64,000 nt of DNA from an uncultured Actinomycetes bacterium (GCA_963726965.1 CAVSEI010000001.1:31924-95923); one strand, 5' to 3'; positions 36,497 to 47,564 are shown, counted from the stretch's first letter. Notes: generated by a model from the letters alone, not told the origin. Numbers and translations: made by a program.

Positions 36497-38804
36497 ATGA
36501 GCGACCCCCTTCCTCTCCACCGACAACTGGGCCTCACCGACGACGAGCTTGCCGCGATCGTCGAGCTGCTGGAGCGGGAGCCGACCGAGGTCGAGCTCGC
36601 GATGTACGCGGTCATGTGGTCCGAGCACTGCTCCTACAAGTCGTCGAGGCGGTACCTCGGCCGCTTCCCGACCGAGGCACCCTGGGTGCTGGTCGGGCCG
36701 GGTGAGGGCGCCGGTGTGATCGACGTGGGCGACGGCCTGGCCGTCGCCATCCGCATCGAGAGCCACAACCATCCTTCTGCGGTCGAGCCCTACCAGGGCG
36801 CGGCCACCGGTGTCGGCGGCATCATCCGCGACGTGTTCTCGATGGGCGCGCGACCGATCGCGCTGATGGACCCGTTGCGCTTCGGTCCGCTCGACGACGC
36901 CCGCACCCGCTACTTGTTCGAAGGTGTCGTCGCCGGCATCAGCGGGTACGGCAACGCGGTGGGCGTCCCGACCGTCGGCGGCGAGGTCGTGTTCGACGAC
37001 TGCTACCGCGACAACCCGCTGGTCAACGTGTTGTGCCTCGGGGTGCTCCCGGTGGACCGCCTCGTGCTGGCGCGGGCCGAGGGCGTGGGCAACGTGGCGG
37101 TGCTGATGGGTTCGGCGACCGGGCGCGACGGCATCGGTGGGGCGAGCGTGCTCGCGTCGGCGGGCTTCGACGACGGCGACGAAGCGAAGCGGCCGTCGGT
37201 CCAGGTGGGCGATCCGTTCGAGGAGAAGCGACTGATCGAGGCGTGCCTCGAGCTGCTCGACGCCGGACTCGCAGTCGGGGTGCAGGACCTCGGCGCGGCG
37301 GGCATCTCGGGGGCGACGTCGGAGACCGCGGCGAAGAGCGGTTCGGGGATGGACGTCGATCTGGCGCGGGTCCCGAAACGCGAACCGGGCATGAACGGTG
37401 TCGAGGTCATGACGTCGGAGAGCCAGGAGCGGATGCTCGCGATCGTCACGCCCGACAACCTCGAACCGGTGCTCGAGCTGTGCCGGCGGTGGGAGATCCG
37501 GGCGTCCGTCATCGGGCGGGTCACCGACACCGCGCGCTACCGGGTGTACGACGGTCTGTTCGACGCGGTGGGCGTGCCCGGCGCCAACCCGGAGGTGCCG
37601 CGCGGCGACGACCCGCCCACCGCGCTCGTCCGATGGTGTGCCGGTCGTCGACGTCCCGGTCGCCAGCCTGGGCGACGGCCCGGTCTACGACCGCCCGGCG
37701 ATCGCACCCGCTGACCGCGCCACGCGGCACGCCGACGATCCCGCGCCCAGCGCTCGCGGCGCAGTTCCCCGTCGACTGCGATCTCAGTGGCGAGCTCCTC
37801 GCGCTGCTGGCCACCCCCACCATCGCCGACAAGTCGTGGGTCTACCGGCAGTACGACCACCAGTTGTTCCTCAACACCGTCGTCGCGCCCGGGGGCGACG
37901 CGTCGGTGCTGCGGCTCAAGGGGACGTCGCGCGCCCTCGCACTCACGACCGACGGGAAGGCCCGCTTCTGCCGCGCTCGATCCGTACACCGGCGCGCGCC
38001 TCACGGTCATGGAATCGGCGCGCAACCTCGCGTGTGTCGGCGCGGTGCCGAAGGCCCTGGTGAACTGCCTGAACTTCGGGAACCCCGAGCACCCCGAGGT
38101 GATGTGGCAGTTCGCCGAGGTGGTCGACGGCATGAGCGAAGCGTGCCGCGCGCTCGGGATCCCGGTCGTCGGTGGCAACGTCAGCTTCTACAACGAATCG
38201 CGCGGCCGCGACATCGATCCGACGCCGGTCATCGGCGTGGTCGGGCTCATCGACGAGCTGACGTCGGTCCCGCCTGGCCCGCGCATCGACCGACGGTGAC
38301 GCGCTGGTGCTGCTCGGGCACACGGCGGGCGAGGTCGGCGGCTCCGAGTGGGCGGGGATGCACGCGCGGCGTGGAGGCACACCACCGGCTGCCGATCTCG
38401 ACGTCGCCGTCGCGCTGCACGACCTCGTGCGCGCGCTGGTCGTCGAGCGCGCCGTGCGCGGTGTCCACGACTGTGCGGAAGGTGGGCTCGCGGTCACGCT
38501 CGCGGAGATGGCGGTGACGGGCGAGTGCGGCTTCCACGTCGCGCTCGGCACCGACCTGGTGTCCTCAGTGGCGTGGTTCTCGGAATCGGCGTCACGCGTC
38601 GTCGTTGCGGTCGCACCCGATGATGCGGCCGCACTCGTTGACCGGGCGCGGACGGCGAACGTCCCCGCACAGCGGCTCGGCACCGCGGGCGGCGACCGCC
38701 TCGTTGCCGACGGCGCCTTCGACGTGTCGCTCGCCGCCGCGACCACCGCCTGGCGCGACGCCATCCCCACCGCCCTCGCCCACTTCCGAACATCTCGAAG
38801 TTGA
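36497..38804 (+). CDS. purL: FGAM synthase subunit PurL (several frameshifts)
   Basis: [57 protein letters not shown]. Confidence 0.95.
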
Positions 38805-38840
38805 CGCTCATATGAGCCTTCCAACTCCGAGATGTTCGGA
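38782..38840. repeat. REP-like palindrome, family A copy 2 (contains the purL stop codon)
   Basis: ACTTCCGAACATCTCGAAGTTG-AC-GCTCATATGAGC-CTTC-CAACTCCGAGATGTTCGGA. Confidence 0.85.
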
Positions 38841-38903
38841 GGGGGACGGGAATCCGGTCGCCGAAGTGTGGGTTGCACGCTGCGTGCATGGGATACTGGA
38901 GCG

Positions 38904-40364
38904 GTGAACGACGCCCGGATCGGCCACGCCTGCGGCGTCTTCGGTGTGTACGCACCGGGTCAAGCCGTGGCCCATCTCACGTATCTGGGCCTGTACGCGC
39001 TCCAACACCGCGGCCAGGAGTCGGCCGGGATCGCGGTGAGCGACGGCCAGACCATCACCGTGTCGAAGGACATGGGCCTCGTCACCCAGGTGTTCGACGA
39101 ACGTCGCCTCGCGCCGCTCGACGGCCATCTCGCCATCGGCCACGTGCGGTATTCCACGACCGGGTCGAGCAGTTGGCGCAACGCGCAGCCGGTCTACCGT
39201 TCGGTCGGTGACGCCGGCTTCGCGCTTGGTCACAACGGCAACCTCACGAACACGCTCGAGTTGGCCGAACACCTCGGCATGCTCCCGGGCATGGTGCCCG
39301 GTGACTCCGGCATGGACTCCACCACCGACTCTGCGCTGGTCGCCGAGCTCATCGCCGCCGAGTACGCGACGGAAGCGCGCTCGGACGGTCGCGACCTCGA
39401 GCAGGCACTCGAACGCGTGTTGCCGGAACTCGCCGGCGGGTTCTCGTTCGTGATGATGGACGAGGCGCACCTGATCGGGGTGCGCGATCCGCACGGGTTC
39501 TGGCCGCTGGTGCTCGGTCGCGTCGACGGCGGTTGGGTGCTCGCCAGCGAGACCGCCGCGCTCGACATCGTCGGTGCCCACTTCGTGCGCGAGGTCGAGC
39601 CGGGCGAGATGATCATGATCGACGCGTCGGGCATGCACTCGAAGCGGTTCGCCGAGGCGGACCCGAAGCTCTGCCTCTTCGAGTTCGTCTACTTCGCCCG
39701 GCCCGACACGATGCTCTACGGCAAGAGCGTGCACGCGGCCCGTCAACGTATGGGCGAGGAGTTGGCCCGTCAGGCGCCGGTGGACGCCGACATGGTGATG
39801 CCGGTCCCCGAATCGGGCATCCCTGCCGCGCAGGGGTACGCGCGTGGTGCCGGCATCCCCTACGGCGACGGTCTGGTGAAGAACCGCTACGTCGGCCGCA
39901 CGTTCATCCAACCCAACCAGAAGCAGCGCGGCCAGGGGGTGCGGCTCAAGCTCAACCCGCTGCCCGAGAACATCCGCGGCAAGAAGCTCGTCGTGGTCGA
40001 CGACTCGATCGTGCGCGGCACCACCACCAAGCAGGTGGTGCAGATGCTGCGGGAGGCCGGTGCGGCCGAGGTGCATTTCCGGGTGTCGTCGCCGCCCTAC
40101 AAGTGGCCGTGTTCCTACGGGATGGACACCGGCAGCCGCTCCGAGCTGCTCGCCGCCGACATGTCGGTCGGTGAGATCCGCGATTTCCTCGGCGTCGATT
40201 CGCTCGCCTACCTCGAGCTCGACCGCCTCACGACCGCAACCGGCGCGTCGTCAGACTCGTTCTGCACCGCGTGCCTGTCGGGTCGCTATCCGGTGCCCAT
40301 CCCGCTCTCCGACTCCAAGCTCGCGCTGGAAGACGACGCCACCGTCGAACCCGCGCCTCGATGA
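38904..40364 (+). CDS. purF: Amidophosphoribosyltransferase
   Basis: Propeptide then CGVFG; LQHRGQESAG, VVDDSIVRGTT, Fe-S cysteines (FCTAC). Confidence 0.96.
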   Translation: MNDARIGHACGVFGVYAPGQAVAHLTYLGLYALQHRGQESAGIAVSDGQTITVSKDMGLVTQVFDERRLAPLDGHLAIGHVRYSTTGSSSWRNAQPVYRSVGDAGFALGHNGNLTNTLELAEHLGMLPGMVPGDSGMDSTTDSALVAELIAAEYATEARSDGRDLEQALERVLPELAGGFSFVMMDEAHLIGVRDPHGFWPLVLGRVDGGWVLASETAALDIVGAHFVREVEPGEMIMIDASGMHSKRFAEADPKLCLFEFVYFARPDTMLYGKSVHAARQRMGEELARQAPVDADMVMPVPESGIPAAQGYARGAGIPYGDGLVKNRYVGRTFIQPNQKQRGQGVRLKLNPLPENIRGKKLVVVDDSIVRGTTTKQVVQMLREAGAAEVHFRVSSPPYKWPCSYGMDTGSRSELLAADMSVGEIRDFLGVDSLAYLELDRLTTATGASSDSFCTACLSGRYPVPIPLSDSKLALEDDATVEPAPR

Positions 40365-41413
40365 CACCCGACGCCACCGACGCGCCCCTCACGTACTCGG
40401 ACGCGGGTGTCGACATCGCGGCCGGCGAGCGCGCCGTCGAGCTCATCAAGCAGCACGTCCGCTCCACGTTCCGGCCCGAGGTCGTCGGCGACATCGGCGG
40501 GTTCGGTGGGCTGTTCTCGTTCGATCCGCGGCACCTCGATCACCCGTTGCTCGTCTCCTCCACCGACGGCGTGGGCACCAAGTCGCTCATCGCCCGGCTG
40601 ACCGGTCGTTACGACACGATCGGCGTCGACCTCGTCGCGATGTCGGTCGACGACATCGCGGTGCAGGGCGCAGAACCGCTGTTCTTCCTCGACTACATCT
40701 CGATCGGCAAGTTGGTCCCCGAGATCATCGACGACATCGTCAGCGGCGTCGCGGACGGTTGCGTGCAGGCCGGGTGCGCGCTCCTCGGCGGTGAGATGTC
40801 GGAGCATCCCGACCTCATGGAACCCGGCGAGTTCGATCTCGTCGGCTTCGCGGTCGGCGTGGTGGAACGCGCCCGCGTGCTGCCGGCCCAGGTGAAACCG
40901 GGCGACGTCGTGATCGGCATGCACAGTCCGGGGCTCCGCTGCAACGGGTACTCGCTCGCGCGCAGGGCGCTCCTCGACCGCGCCGGTCGTCGTCTGGACG
41001 ACCCCGCGTGGAAGGGCGCGCATCATTCCCTGGGTGAAGAGCTCATCCGCCCGAGCGTGATCTACGCCCCGGCCATGCCGAAGCTGCGCGAGCGCGTCGA
41101 CGTCCACGCGTTCGCGCACGTCACCGGCGGCGGTCTCCCCGACAACCTCGCCCGGGTGCTGCCGGCACACTGCGACGCCACCCTGCACCAACGGGAATGG
41201 GAGGTGCCGCGCATCTTCGCCGAGATCCAGGCCGCGGGCGACGTGACCGACGACGAGATGCGGCACGTGTTCAACCTGGGTCTCGGCATGCTGGCCGTCG
41301 TCGCCGCCGAGGACCGCTTCGCTACCCTGGACTCGTTGCGCTCGGCCGGCCACGAGTCGTGGGTGGTCGGCGAGGTCTCCGAAGGCCGTGGACGGGTCAA
41401 CATCACCGTCTGA
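40361..41413 (+). CDS. purM: AIR synthetase
   Basis: YSDAGVDI, STDGVGTK, GAEPLFFLDY, HVTGGG, FNLGLG. Confidence 0.96.
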   Translation: MTPDATDAPLTYSDAGVDIAAGERAVELIKQHVRSTFRPEVVGDIGGFGGLFSFDPRHLDHPLLVSSTDGVGTKSLIARLTGRYDTIGVDLVAMSVDDIAVQGAEPLFFLDYISIGKLVPEIIDDIVSGVADGCVQAGCALLGGEMSEHPDLMEPGEFDLVGFAVGVVERARVLPAQVKPGDVVIGMHSPGLRCNGYSLARRALLDRAGRRLDDPAWKGAHHSLGEELIRPSVIYAPAMPKLRERVDVHAFAHVTGGGLPDNLARVLPAHCDATLHQREWEVPRIFAEIQAAGDVTDDEMRHVFNLGLGMLAVVAAEDRFATLDSLRSAGHESWVVGEVSEGRGRVNITV

Positions 41414-41533
41414 TCCCCTGATCCAGCCCCGGGTGCTCAGTGTCCGAATGGGCACGGAAGCTGCTACTCTGCGCATACGGGACCGATCCCCCCGAGCCCC
41501 CCGGCGAGGATCCGTATCGACTGCGAGGACCCC

Positions 41534-41743
41534 ATGCCCCAGAATCCCGCTCCCGAGCCCGAGCAGCTCCTGACTCCGTCAGAAGTCGCCGCGATGTTCC
41601 GCGTCAACCCCAAGACGGTCACCCGTTGGGCACGCGCCGGCAAGATCTCTGCCATCCGAACCCTCGGCGGGCACCGCCGCTTCCGGGCATCGGAGATCCG
41701 CAAGTTCCTCGAGCAGGTCGACGAAGCGCACGACGAAGCCTGA
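41534..41743 (+). CDS. bldC: BldC family MerR-like transcriptional regulator
   Basis: LLTPSEVAAMFRVNPKTVTRWARAGKISAIRTLGGHRRF. Confidence 0.9.
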   Translation: MPQNPAPEPEQLLTPSEVAAMFRVNPKTVTRWARAGKISAIRTLGGHRRFRASEIRKFLEQVDEAHDEA

Positions 41744-41745
41744 TC

Positions 41746-41779
41746 GCAACGACCCGGGCCCAGGGGCCCGGGTCGCTGC
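41746..41779. terminator. Hairpin, probably a bidirectional terminator (bldC / ancestral tRNA operon)
   Basis: CGACCCGGGCC-CAGG-GGCCCGGGTCG. Confidence 0.65.
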
Positions 41780-41784
41780 CGTAG

Positions 41785-41835
41785 GTGGTGGCCGGGACCG
41801 GCGTCGATCCGGTGACCCCGCGTTTCAGGCGCGTG
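41785..41835 (-). repeat. Duplicated 3' part of tRNA-Phe (att site)
   Basis: 41785-41819 is identical to 47374-47408; similarity continues through the anticodon arm with a few differences. Confidence 0.9.
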
Positions 41836-41896
41836 TTGCGCAAAACTGAAGCGTTCCCCTGCGACCGCCGCATCGGCGCGATTGCAGAGGGGCCGA

Positions 41897-44191
41897 TCAG
41901 CCTCGCGCTCGCCTGACTGCGCGCCACACCCGTTCCGGTGACAGCGGCATGTCGATGTGGCGGATCCCGAGATGCGAGACCGCGTCGACGACCGCATTGT
42001 GCACCGCGGGGGTCGAGCCGATCGTGCCCGACTCGCCGATGCCCTTGGCCCCGAGCGGGTTGAGCGGGGTCGGCGTCACCGTGTTCGACGCCTCGAAGCT
42101 CGGGAACTCCGCCGCGCTCGGGATCGCGTAGTCGAGCAGGGTGGTGGTCAACGGATTGCCCGCGTCGTCGTAGACCACGCCCTCGAACAGCGCCTGCGCT
42201 ACGCCCTGTGCGATCCCACCGTGTTGTTGACCCGCGACCAGGATCGGATTCAGGATGCGTCCGCAGTCGTCGACCGCGATGTGGCGCACGAGGTCGACCC
42301 ATCCGGTCTCGAGGTCGACGTCGACCACCGCGACGTGCGCGCCGAACGGATAGGTCGCCTCGCCCTGGTTGAAGTCGAGGGCCACGGTGAGGCCCGGCTC
42401 CATGTCCGGCGGCCGCCGCGTCGTCGTCGGCAGCCGCCTGCGCGAGGTCGGCCCATCCCATCGCGGTGGCGGGCACGCCGGCGACCGAGAAGGACCCGTC
42501 GACCAGCGTGATGTCGGCTTCGTCGGCTTCGAGCAGGTGGGCCGCGAGCTGTCGGGCCTTGATCGACCACCGCCTCGCTCGCTTGGTAGAGCGCGCTCCC
42601 CGCGATCTGGAGCGACCGGGACCCGAGCGTGCCACCCCCGCGTGGAACCGAGCGCGGTGTCGGACTGCACGAGCCGTACCGCGTCGATGGGAACGCCGAG
42701 CAGCTCCGCCACGATCATCGCGAACGCGGTCTCGTGCCCCTGGCCGTGCGAAGAGGTCCCGACCATGGCGGTGACCGTGCCGTCGTCGTGCACTTCGATC
42801 GATCCGAACTCCTGGAACGTCCCCCCGGCGGTCACCTCGACGTAGACGGCGACGCCGATGCCCAGCTGCACGGTGTCGCCGCGTCTGCGTCGAGCCGCCT
42901 GCTCACGGCGCAGATCGTCGTAGCCGGCGACGCGCAGTGCCTCGTCGAGCGCGCGGCCGTAGTCGCCGACGTCGTAGTTCGCGCCCGTGACGGTGGTCAA
43001 CGGGAAACGGTCGGGCGCCAGGAGGTTGCGCCGACGCATCTCGACGGGGTCGAGCCCGAGCTCGTGCGCGGCGATGTCGATGATGCGTTCGAGCATCTGC
43101 GTGGCTTCGGGACGACCCGCACCCCGGTACGCGGCGGTGGGGGTGGTGTTGGTCACCGCGCTCTGGGCAGTGATCTCCACCTTGGGGATCTCGTACACGC
43201 CCTGGCCCATCATCCGGGTCAGGTACGGCAGGAAGGCGCCGACCCCGGGATACGCACCGGCATCGGCGACGATCCGTGCCCGCAGGCCGACGATGCGACC
43301 GTCGCGCTTCACGCCCAGCTCCGCGTACTGCACCTGGGCGCGGCCGTGCACCATCGCCACCATGTTCTCCGAGCGCGTCTCGGTCCACTTGACCGGACGG
43401 TCGAGGCGCTGTGCGAGTGAGGCCGCGATCACGTACTCGCAGTACACACCCTGCTTGGCGCCGAAGCCGCCACCGACCGCGGGTGCGACCACCCGCACGA
43501 GCGAGGGATCGAGGCCGAGCGCGCCGGCGAGGGGATCACGCACACCGAACGGACCTTGGGTGGGGACGGTCACCGTGAGCTCGCCGTCGGCCCCCGGCTC
43601 GACGAGCACGCCGTTCGGTTCCATCGGTACGGGCGCCACGCGCTGGTTCACGAAGCGACCCTCCACCACGAGATCGGCGTCGTCGAAGATCGTCGGGTCC
43701 TCACCGAACTCGAACGCGATGGCGAGGTTCGACCCGTGCTCGGGGAACACCACGGGTGCATCGTCGGCGAGTGCCGCTTCGGGATCGACCACGACGGGGA
43801 GCGGGTCGTACTCGACGATCACCGCTTCGGCCGCGTCGACTGCCTGGGCGCGAGTCTCGGCAACGACGACCGCGACGATGTCGCCGACGAACCTCACGAC
43901 ACCCTGGGCCAGCGGCGGACGGTTGAACGCGGGCGGGAGCATGACGAAGCCCTGCAGGGGGGCGAGCCCCAGCGTGTCGTGCGTCGCGACGAGGAGCACT
44001 CCGGGCATGCGCTCCGCGTCCCCGGTGTCGACCGCTACGAGCCGCGCGTGCGCCATCGAGGACCGCACGAACGCCACATGGACGGTGCGCGGTGGCGTGA
44101 GATCGTCGACGTAGTGGGCCTCGCCGCGCAGCAACCGCGGATCTTCGACCCGCCGGACCGAGTTGCCGAGGATCGAACCGGAAGGAGACAT
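41897..44191 (-). CDS. Xanthine dehydrogenase family molybdopterin-binding subunit (CoxL form II-like), frameshifts near 42410-42640
   Basis: RVEDPRLLRG, VGGGFGAK, AYRGAGRPEA, HGQGHET, GAKGIGESG. Confidence 0.88.
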   Translation of the reverse strand: MSPSGSILGNSVRRVEDPRLLRGEAHYVDDLTPPRTVHVAFVRSSMAHARLVAVDTGDAERMPGVLLVATHDTLGLAPLQGFVMLPPAFNRPPLAQGVVRFVGDIVAVVVAETRAQAVDAAEAVIVEYDPLPVVVDPEAALADDAPVVFPEHGSNLAIAFEFGEDPTIFDDADLVVEGRFVNQRVAPVPMEPNGVLVEPGADGELTVTVPTQGPFGVRDPLAGALGLDPSLVRVVAPAVGGGFGAKQGVYCEYVIAASLAQRLDRPVKWTETRSENMVAMVHGRAQVQYAELGVKRDGRIVGLRARIVADAGAYPGVGAFLPYLTRMMGQGVYEIPKVEITAQSAVTNTTPTAAYRGAGRPEATQMLERIIDIAAHELGLDPVEMRRRNLLAPDRFPLTTVTGANYDVGDYGRALDEALRVAGYDDLRREQAARRRRGDTVQLGIGVAVYVEVTAGGTFQEFGSIEVHDDGTVTAMVGTSSHGQGHETAFAMIVAELLGVPIDAVRLVQSDTALGSTRGWHARVPVAPDRGERALPSERGGGRSRPDSSRPTCSKPTKPTSRWSTGPSRSPACPPPRWDGPTSRRRLPTTTRRPPDMEPGLTVALDFNQGEATYPFGAHVAVVDVDLETGWVDLVRHIAVDDCGRILNPILVAGQQHGGIAQGVAQALFEGVVYDDAGNPLTTTLLDYAIPSAAEFPSFEASNTVTPTPLNPLGAKGIGESGTIGSTPAVHNAVVDAVSHLGIRHIDMPLSPERVWRAVRRARG

Positions 44192-44278
44192 GGGTGGGCA
44201 TGGTAGGAGGCGCCGTCGCCGCCCGCCGAGGCTCGCTACGCTCGCGCCGCGCCGAAGCGACAAGTGAGGAGCGCGGAG

Positions 44279-44936
44279 ATGGCCGAAGCCTTCCGGATGG
44301 ATTCTCCGGCCGAGCAGGCGGAGCGACGACGGAAGCAGCTCGATCGCGGTCGTTGCCCACCTGGTGGTCACACGCGGCGTCGCCGAGGTGTCGCACGCGT
44401 CGGTCGCCAAGGTCGCCGGGTGCGCGCGGTCGCTCGTGTACCGGTACTTCCCCCGTCAGGAGGATCTGCTCTACAGCCTCCTCAGCTCGTTCTCGGACGA
44501 CCTCGGACGGCGCATGACCCTCGCCGACGAGACCGCCGGTGTGCTCGGGCTCGCCTCCGTGAGCCCGGGCTCGATCCCGGTCCCGACCCAGCAGCTCTTC
44601 GACCGGCTGTGGCAACCCGAAGACTGGGAGCGGCCGCAGCTCGAGTTCCGACTGGCGTGCGTCATCCTGATCCGCGACTCGAGCCTGCGATCGGTGCTCG
44701 GAGCCCACGACCCGGAACTGCAGGCCTCGGTGGCGCGCCATCTGGAGGATCCGCTGCGGACCCTCGGGCTGCGCCCGATCGAGATCGCGCATCTTCATCG
44801 ACTCGATGCTCTCGGTCATGGACCAGGTCATCCGGGCCGCCTGGGCCGGCGAGATCGTCCACGAGGAGGCGGCGCAGCTGTCGGCCGCGGTGAACTCGCG
44901 GGTGCTGCAGACCTTCGTCGAAGTCCGAGCCGATAG
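44279..44936 (+). CDS. TetR/AcrR family regulator (frameshifts)
   Basis: ERRRKQL...VAKVAGCARSLVYRYFP HTH. Confidence 0.75.
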
Positions 44937-45012
44937 GACATTTCGTCATCGGTTGACGATTCGTCAACCGCTGCGCTACCGTCACCCGCTCGCCGACCGA
45001 GGGGGAACGTCA

Positions 45013-46346
45013 GTGGCGAAGGTTCGTCAGTTGACCGTGCTCACGGTGTCGGTGCTCACGCTCGCGGCTGCCGTCGTGACCCCGGCGCACGCGCAATCCG
45101 ACGGAGCGGCTCCGAAGGCGACCGAGATCGGTGTCACCGCGCACGCGAGATCAGGATCGCGGTCGAGGCCGACGTCGACAACCCGTTCGTGCCCGGGCTG
45201 TTCCAGGGTGTGGTCGACGGCGTGCAGTCGGCCGCCAAGTACCTGAACAGCAAGGCGGGCGGTGGCGGTATCGGCGGACGCAAGCTCGTCGTCGACTTCA
45301 TCGACTCGAAGCTCAACGGCAACGCGGCCCGCGACGGTGTGATCACCGCGTGCCAGAACGACTTCGCCATGGTCGGCACCGCGGCGCTGTTCCTGCCGAC
45401 CGTGGAGGACCAGGTCAACTGCACCGACAAGGCCGGCGCCGCGACGGGCCTCCCCGACATCGGTGCGGTCGTCACCGGTGTCGCGCGAGTCGTGTTCGCC
45501 GGTGTCGTTCCCGGTGAACCCGCCGCAGCTGATCTGCAGCACGCAAGGACGAGAGCGAGCAGACGTACTACGGCAACCAGGGCGACTCGAAGTACCTGCT
45601 GAAGACGCACAAGAACGACCTCCACGGCTCGATGCTCTCGGGCAGCGACACCAAGGACGCCCAGCGCGGCGGCCTGGTGCTGATCGACACCGCGATCAAC
45701 GCCGGGATCAAGGCCGATCAGAACGTCAGCATGTCGGGCCGCGATCCGCAGAGCGCCTACACGCCCGTCATCAACCAGATGAAGGCCGACGGTTCGAACT
45801 ACTCGCTCACGACCATGGCGACCAGCAACGCGATCCAGTTGCGCAGCGAGGCGCAGCTCCAGGGATTGACGAGCCCCGACATCGTGTGGGCGTGCACGAC
45901 CTGTTACGACAGCTCGCTCAAGGAACAACGCCGACGTCATGAACCATTCGATCATGCGCCTGTCGTTCCTCCCGTTCGAGGAGGCGTCGACCAACGCCAC
46001 GCTGGCGAACTTCGTGAAGTACGTCGGCAAGGACAAGGCCGACAGCTTCTCGGTGTACGGATGGACCGCCACCCTCGCGTTCGCCGAGGCGGCGAAGGCG
46101 GTCGTCGAGAAGGGTGGCGTCAACGCGCTGACCCGCGCGAACCTGCTCGCACGATGGCATCCCGACGCTCACGAAGTTCGACGCCGGCGGCATGATCGGC
46201 GCGGTGAACCTCGCGCAGAAGATCCCGAGCGCGTGCTTCATGATGGACGAGTTCGTGAACGACAAGTTCGTCCGCGTCTACCCGTCGAAGAAGGGGACGT
46301 TCGACTGCAAGGCGTCGAATCTCGTGAAGATCAAAGCCGAACCTGA
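45013..46346 (+). CDS. ABC transporter substrate-binding protein (LivJ-like, frameshifts)
   Basis: Signal peptide ending AHA; TEIGVT, GGIGGRKLVVDFIDSKL, FAMVG across frames. Confidence 0.75.
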
Positions 46347-46361
46347 TCGGTTGACGCGGAC

Positions 46362-47154
46362 ATGACGTTGACCGAGGAGCAGATCCGCACGGCCGCCGAC
46401 CTGCTCGTCGCGGCCCGCGAGGGTCGCCTCGTGCTCGGAGGCCTTCCCGCCGAGGTGACGCCCGACAACACCGCGGACATCCAGCGGATCATCGACGCCG
46501 TCAGCGAGCGGATCGACCGCCCGATCCGGGGCTGGAAGACCTACACCGTCTACAAGCCGATGAACCCGCCGTTCTCGCGCGCCGATCTACGACCTGTTCC
46601 CGAGCGGCGCGGAGATCCCGGCCGAGATCTCGCCGCACCGGCTCATCGAGCCCGAGATCATGTTCCGGGTCGACCGCGACCTGCCGGCCCGCGACCGCAA
46701 CTACGACATCACCGAGGTCATGGAATCGGTGACGGCCGTCGTCGGCTTCGAGGTGATCGGATCGCGCTTCCGTCGTCGGCCCGGCGACGGCGCCCGCCGG
46801 CGACGGTCAGGGATCGCTCTACGGCTCGCTCTCGGACCACATCGCGAACGGCTGCATCGTCGTCGGCGATGCCATCCCCGGCTGGCGAGACGTCGCGTTC
46901 GAGGACGTGCACCTGCGCATGACCGAAGGCGATCGCGAGCTCATCTCGGTCGTCGGGTGTCACCCCTTCGACAACCCGTTCCTCCCGGTCGTCGTGAGCG
47001 TGAACCGGTTGCGACGCCACCGGGGCGTGAAGGCAGGCGACGTCATCGTGACCAACTCGTCGACCAGCTTCTTCGCCGTCGATGCGGGATCCGTGATCCG
47101 GGCCACGTACGACGGGCTCGGCGAGGTCGTCGGCGACGTTCGCGCGCGTCATGA
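46362..47154 (+). CDS. 2-keto-4-pentenoate hydratase/fumarylacetoacetate hydrolase family (frameshifts)
   Basis: GWK, IEPEIMFR, FEVIGSRF, DHIANG, NPFLP, VKAGDVIVT. Confidence 0.72.
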
Positions 47155-47335
47155 CCAAGCGCCACCTACGGGCAGACCAGCCCGAACGCTGATCGGGGTC
47201 CGCTGACCGCGTCGTCGCCAGCCACCAGGATTCATCTCGGGGATGCGCCGAGCCAGTTGACGCGGCGCAGAAAACCGCTGCCACCGGCCCTGGGTCACCA
47301 GCAGTTCTGGCGTCATGCAGTGCCGGCGCACGACG

Positions 47336-47371
47336 AAGCCCTGGCCCAGCTGAACGCTGTGACCAGGGCTT
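47336..47371 (-). terminator. Hairpin immediately downstream of tRNA-Phe
   Basis: AAGCCCTGG...CCAGGGCTT. Confidence 0.55.
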
Positions 47372-47374
47372 GCG

Positions 47375-47450
47375 TGGTGGCCGGGACCGGCGTCGATCCG
47401 GTGACCCCACGCTTTTCAGGCGCGTGCTCTGCCGACTGAGCTACCCGGCC
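47375..47450 (-). tRNA. tRNA-Phe(GAA)
   Basis: GGCCGGG acceptor stem, loop CTGAAAA, encoded CCA. Confidence 0.95.
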
Positions 47451-47485
47451 TCGCGAAGACACGCCGCCGAGGCGACGGTCTTCCG

Positions 47486-47560
47486 CGGTCCTGACGGGAT
47501 TTGAACCCGCGGCCTCCGCCTTGACAGGGCGGCGTGCACTCCAAACTGCACCACAGGACC
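47486..47560 (-). tRNA. tRNA-Asp(GTC)
   Basis: GGTCCTG...CTGTCAA...GGTTCAAATCC. Confidence 0.95.
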
Positions 47561-47564
47561 AATG

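Larger units (their letters stand above)
41785..47425. mobile_element. tRNA-Phe-integrated genomic islet (~5.6 kb), no integrase visible
   Basis: Bounded by a direct repeat of the tRNA-Phe 3' end; four cargo genes. Confidence 0.7.

Noticed and set aside
41785-41835. Second functional tRNA-Phe
   Set aside because: It lacks the 5' acceptor strand and D-arm; it is an att duplicate
41897-44191. Aerobic CO dehydrogenase (form I coxL)
   Set aside because: The motif is AYRGAGR and coxM/coxS are absent
47304-47333. Third copy of REP family B (GTTCTGGCGTCA...CGGCGCACGA)
   Set aside because: Only a 12-nt and a 10-nt match, with no second arm; may be chance or a remnant
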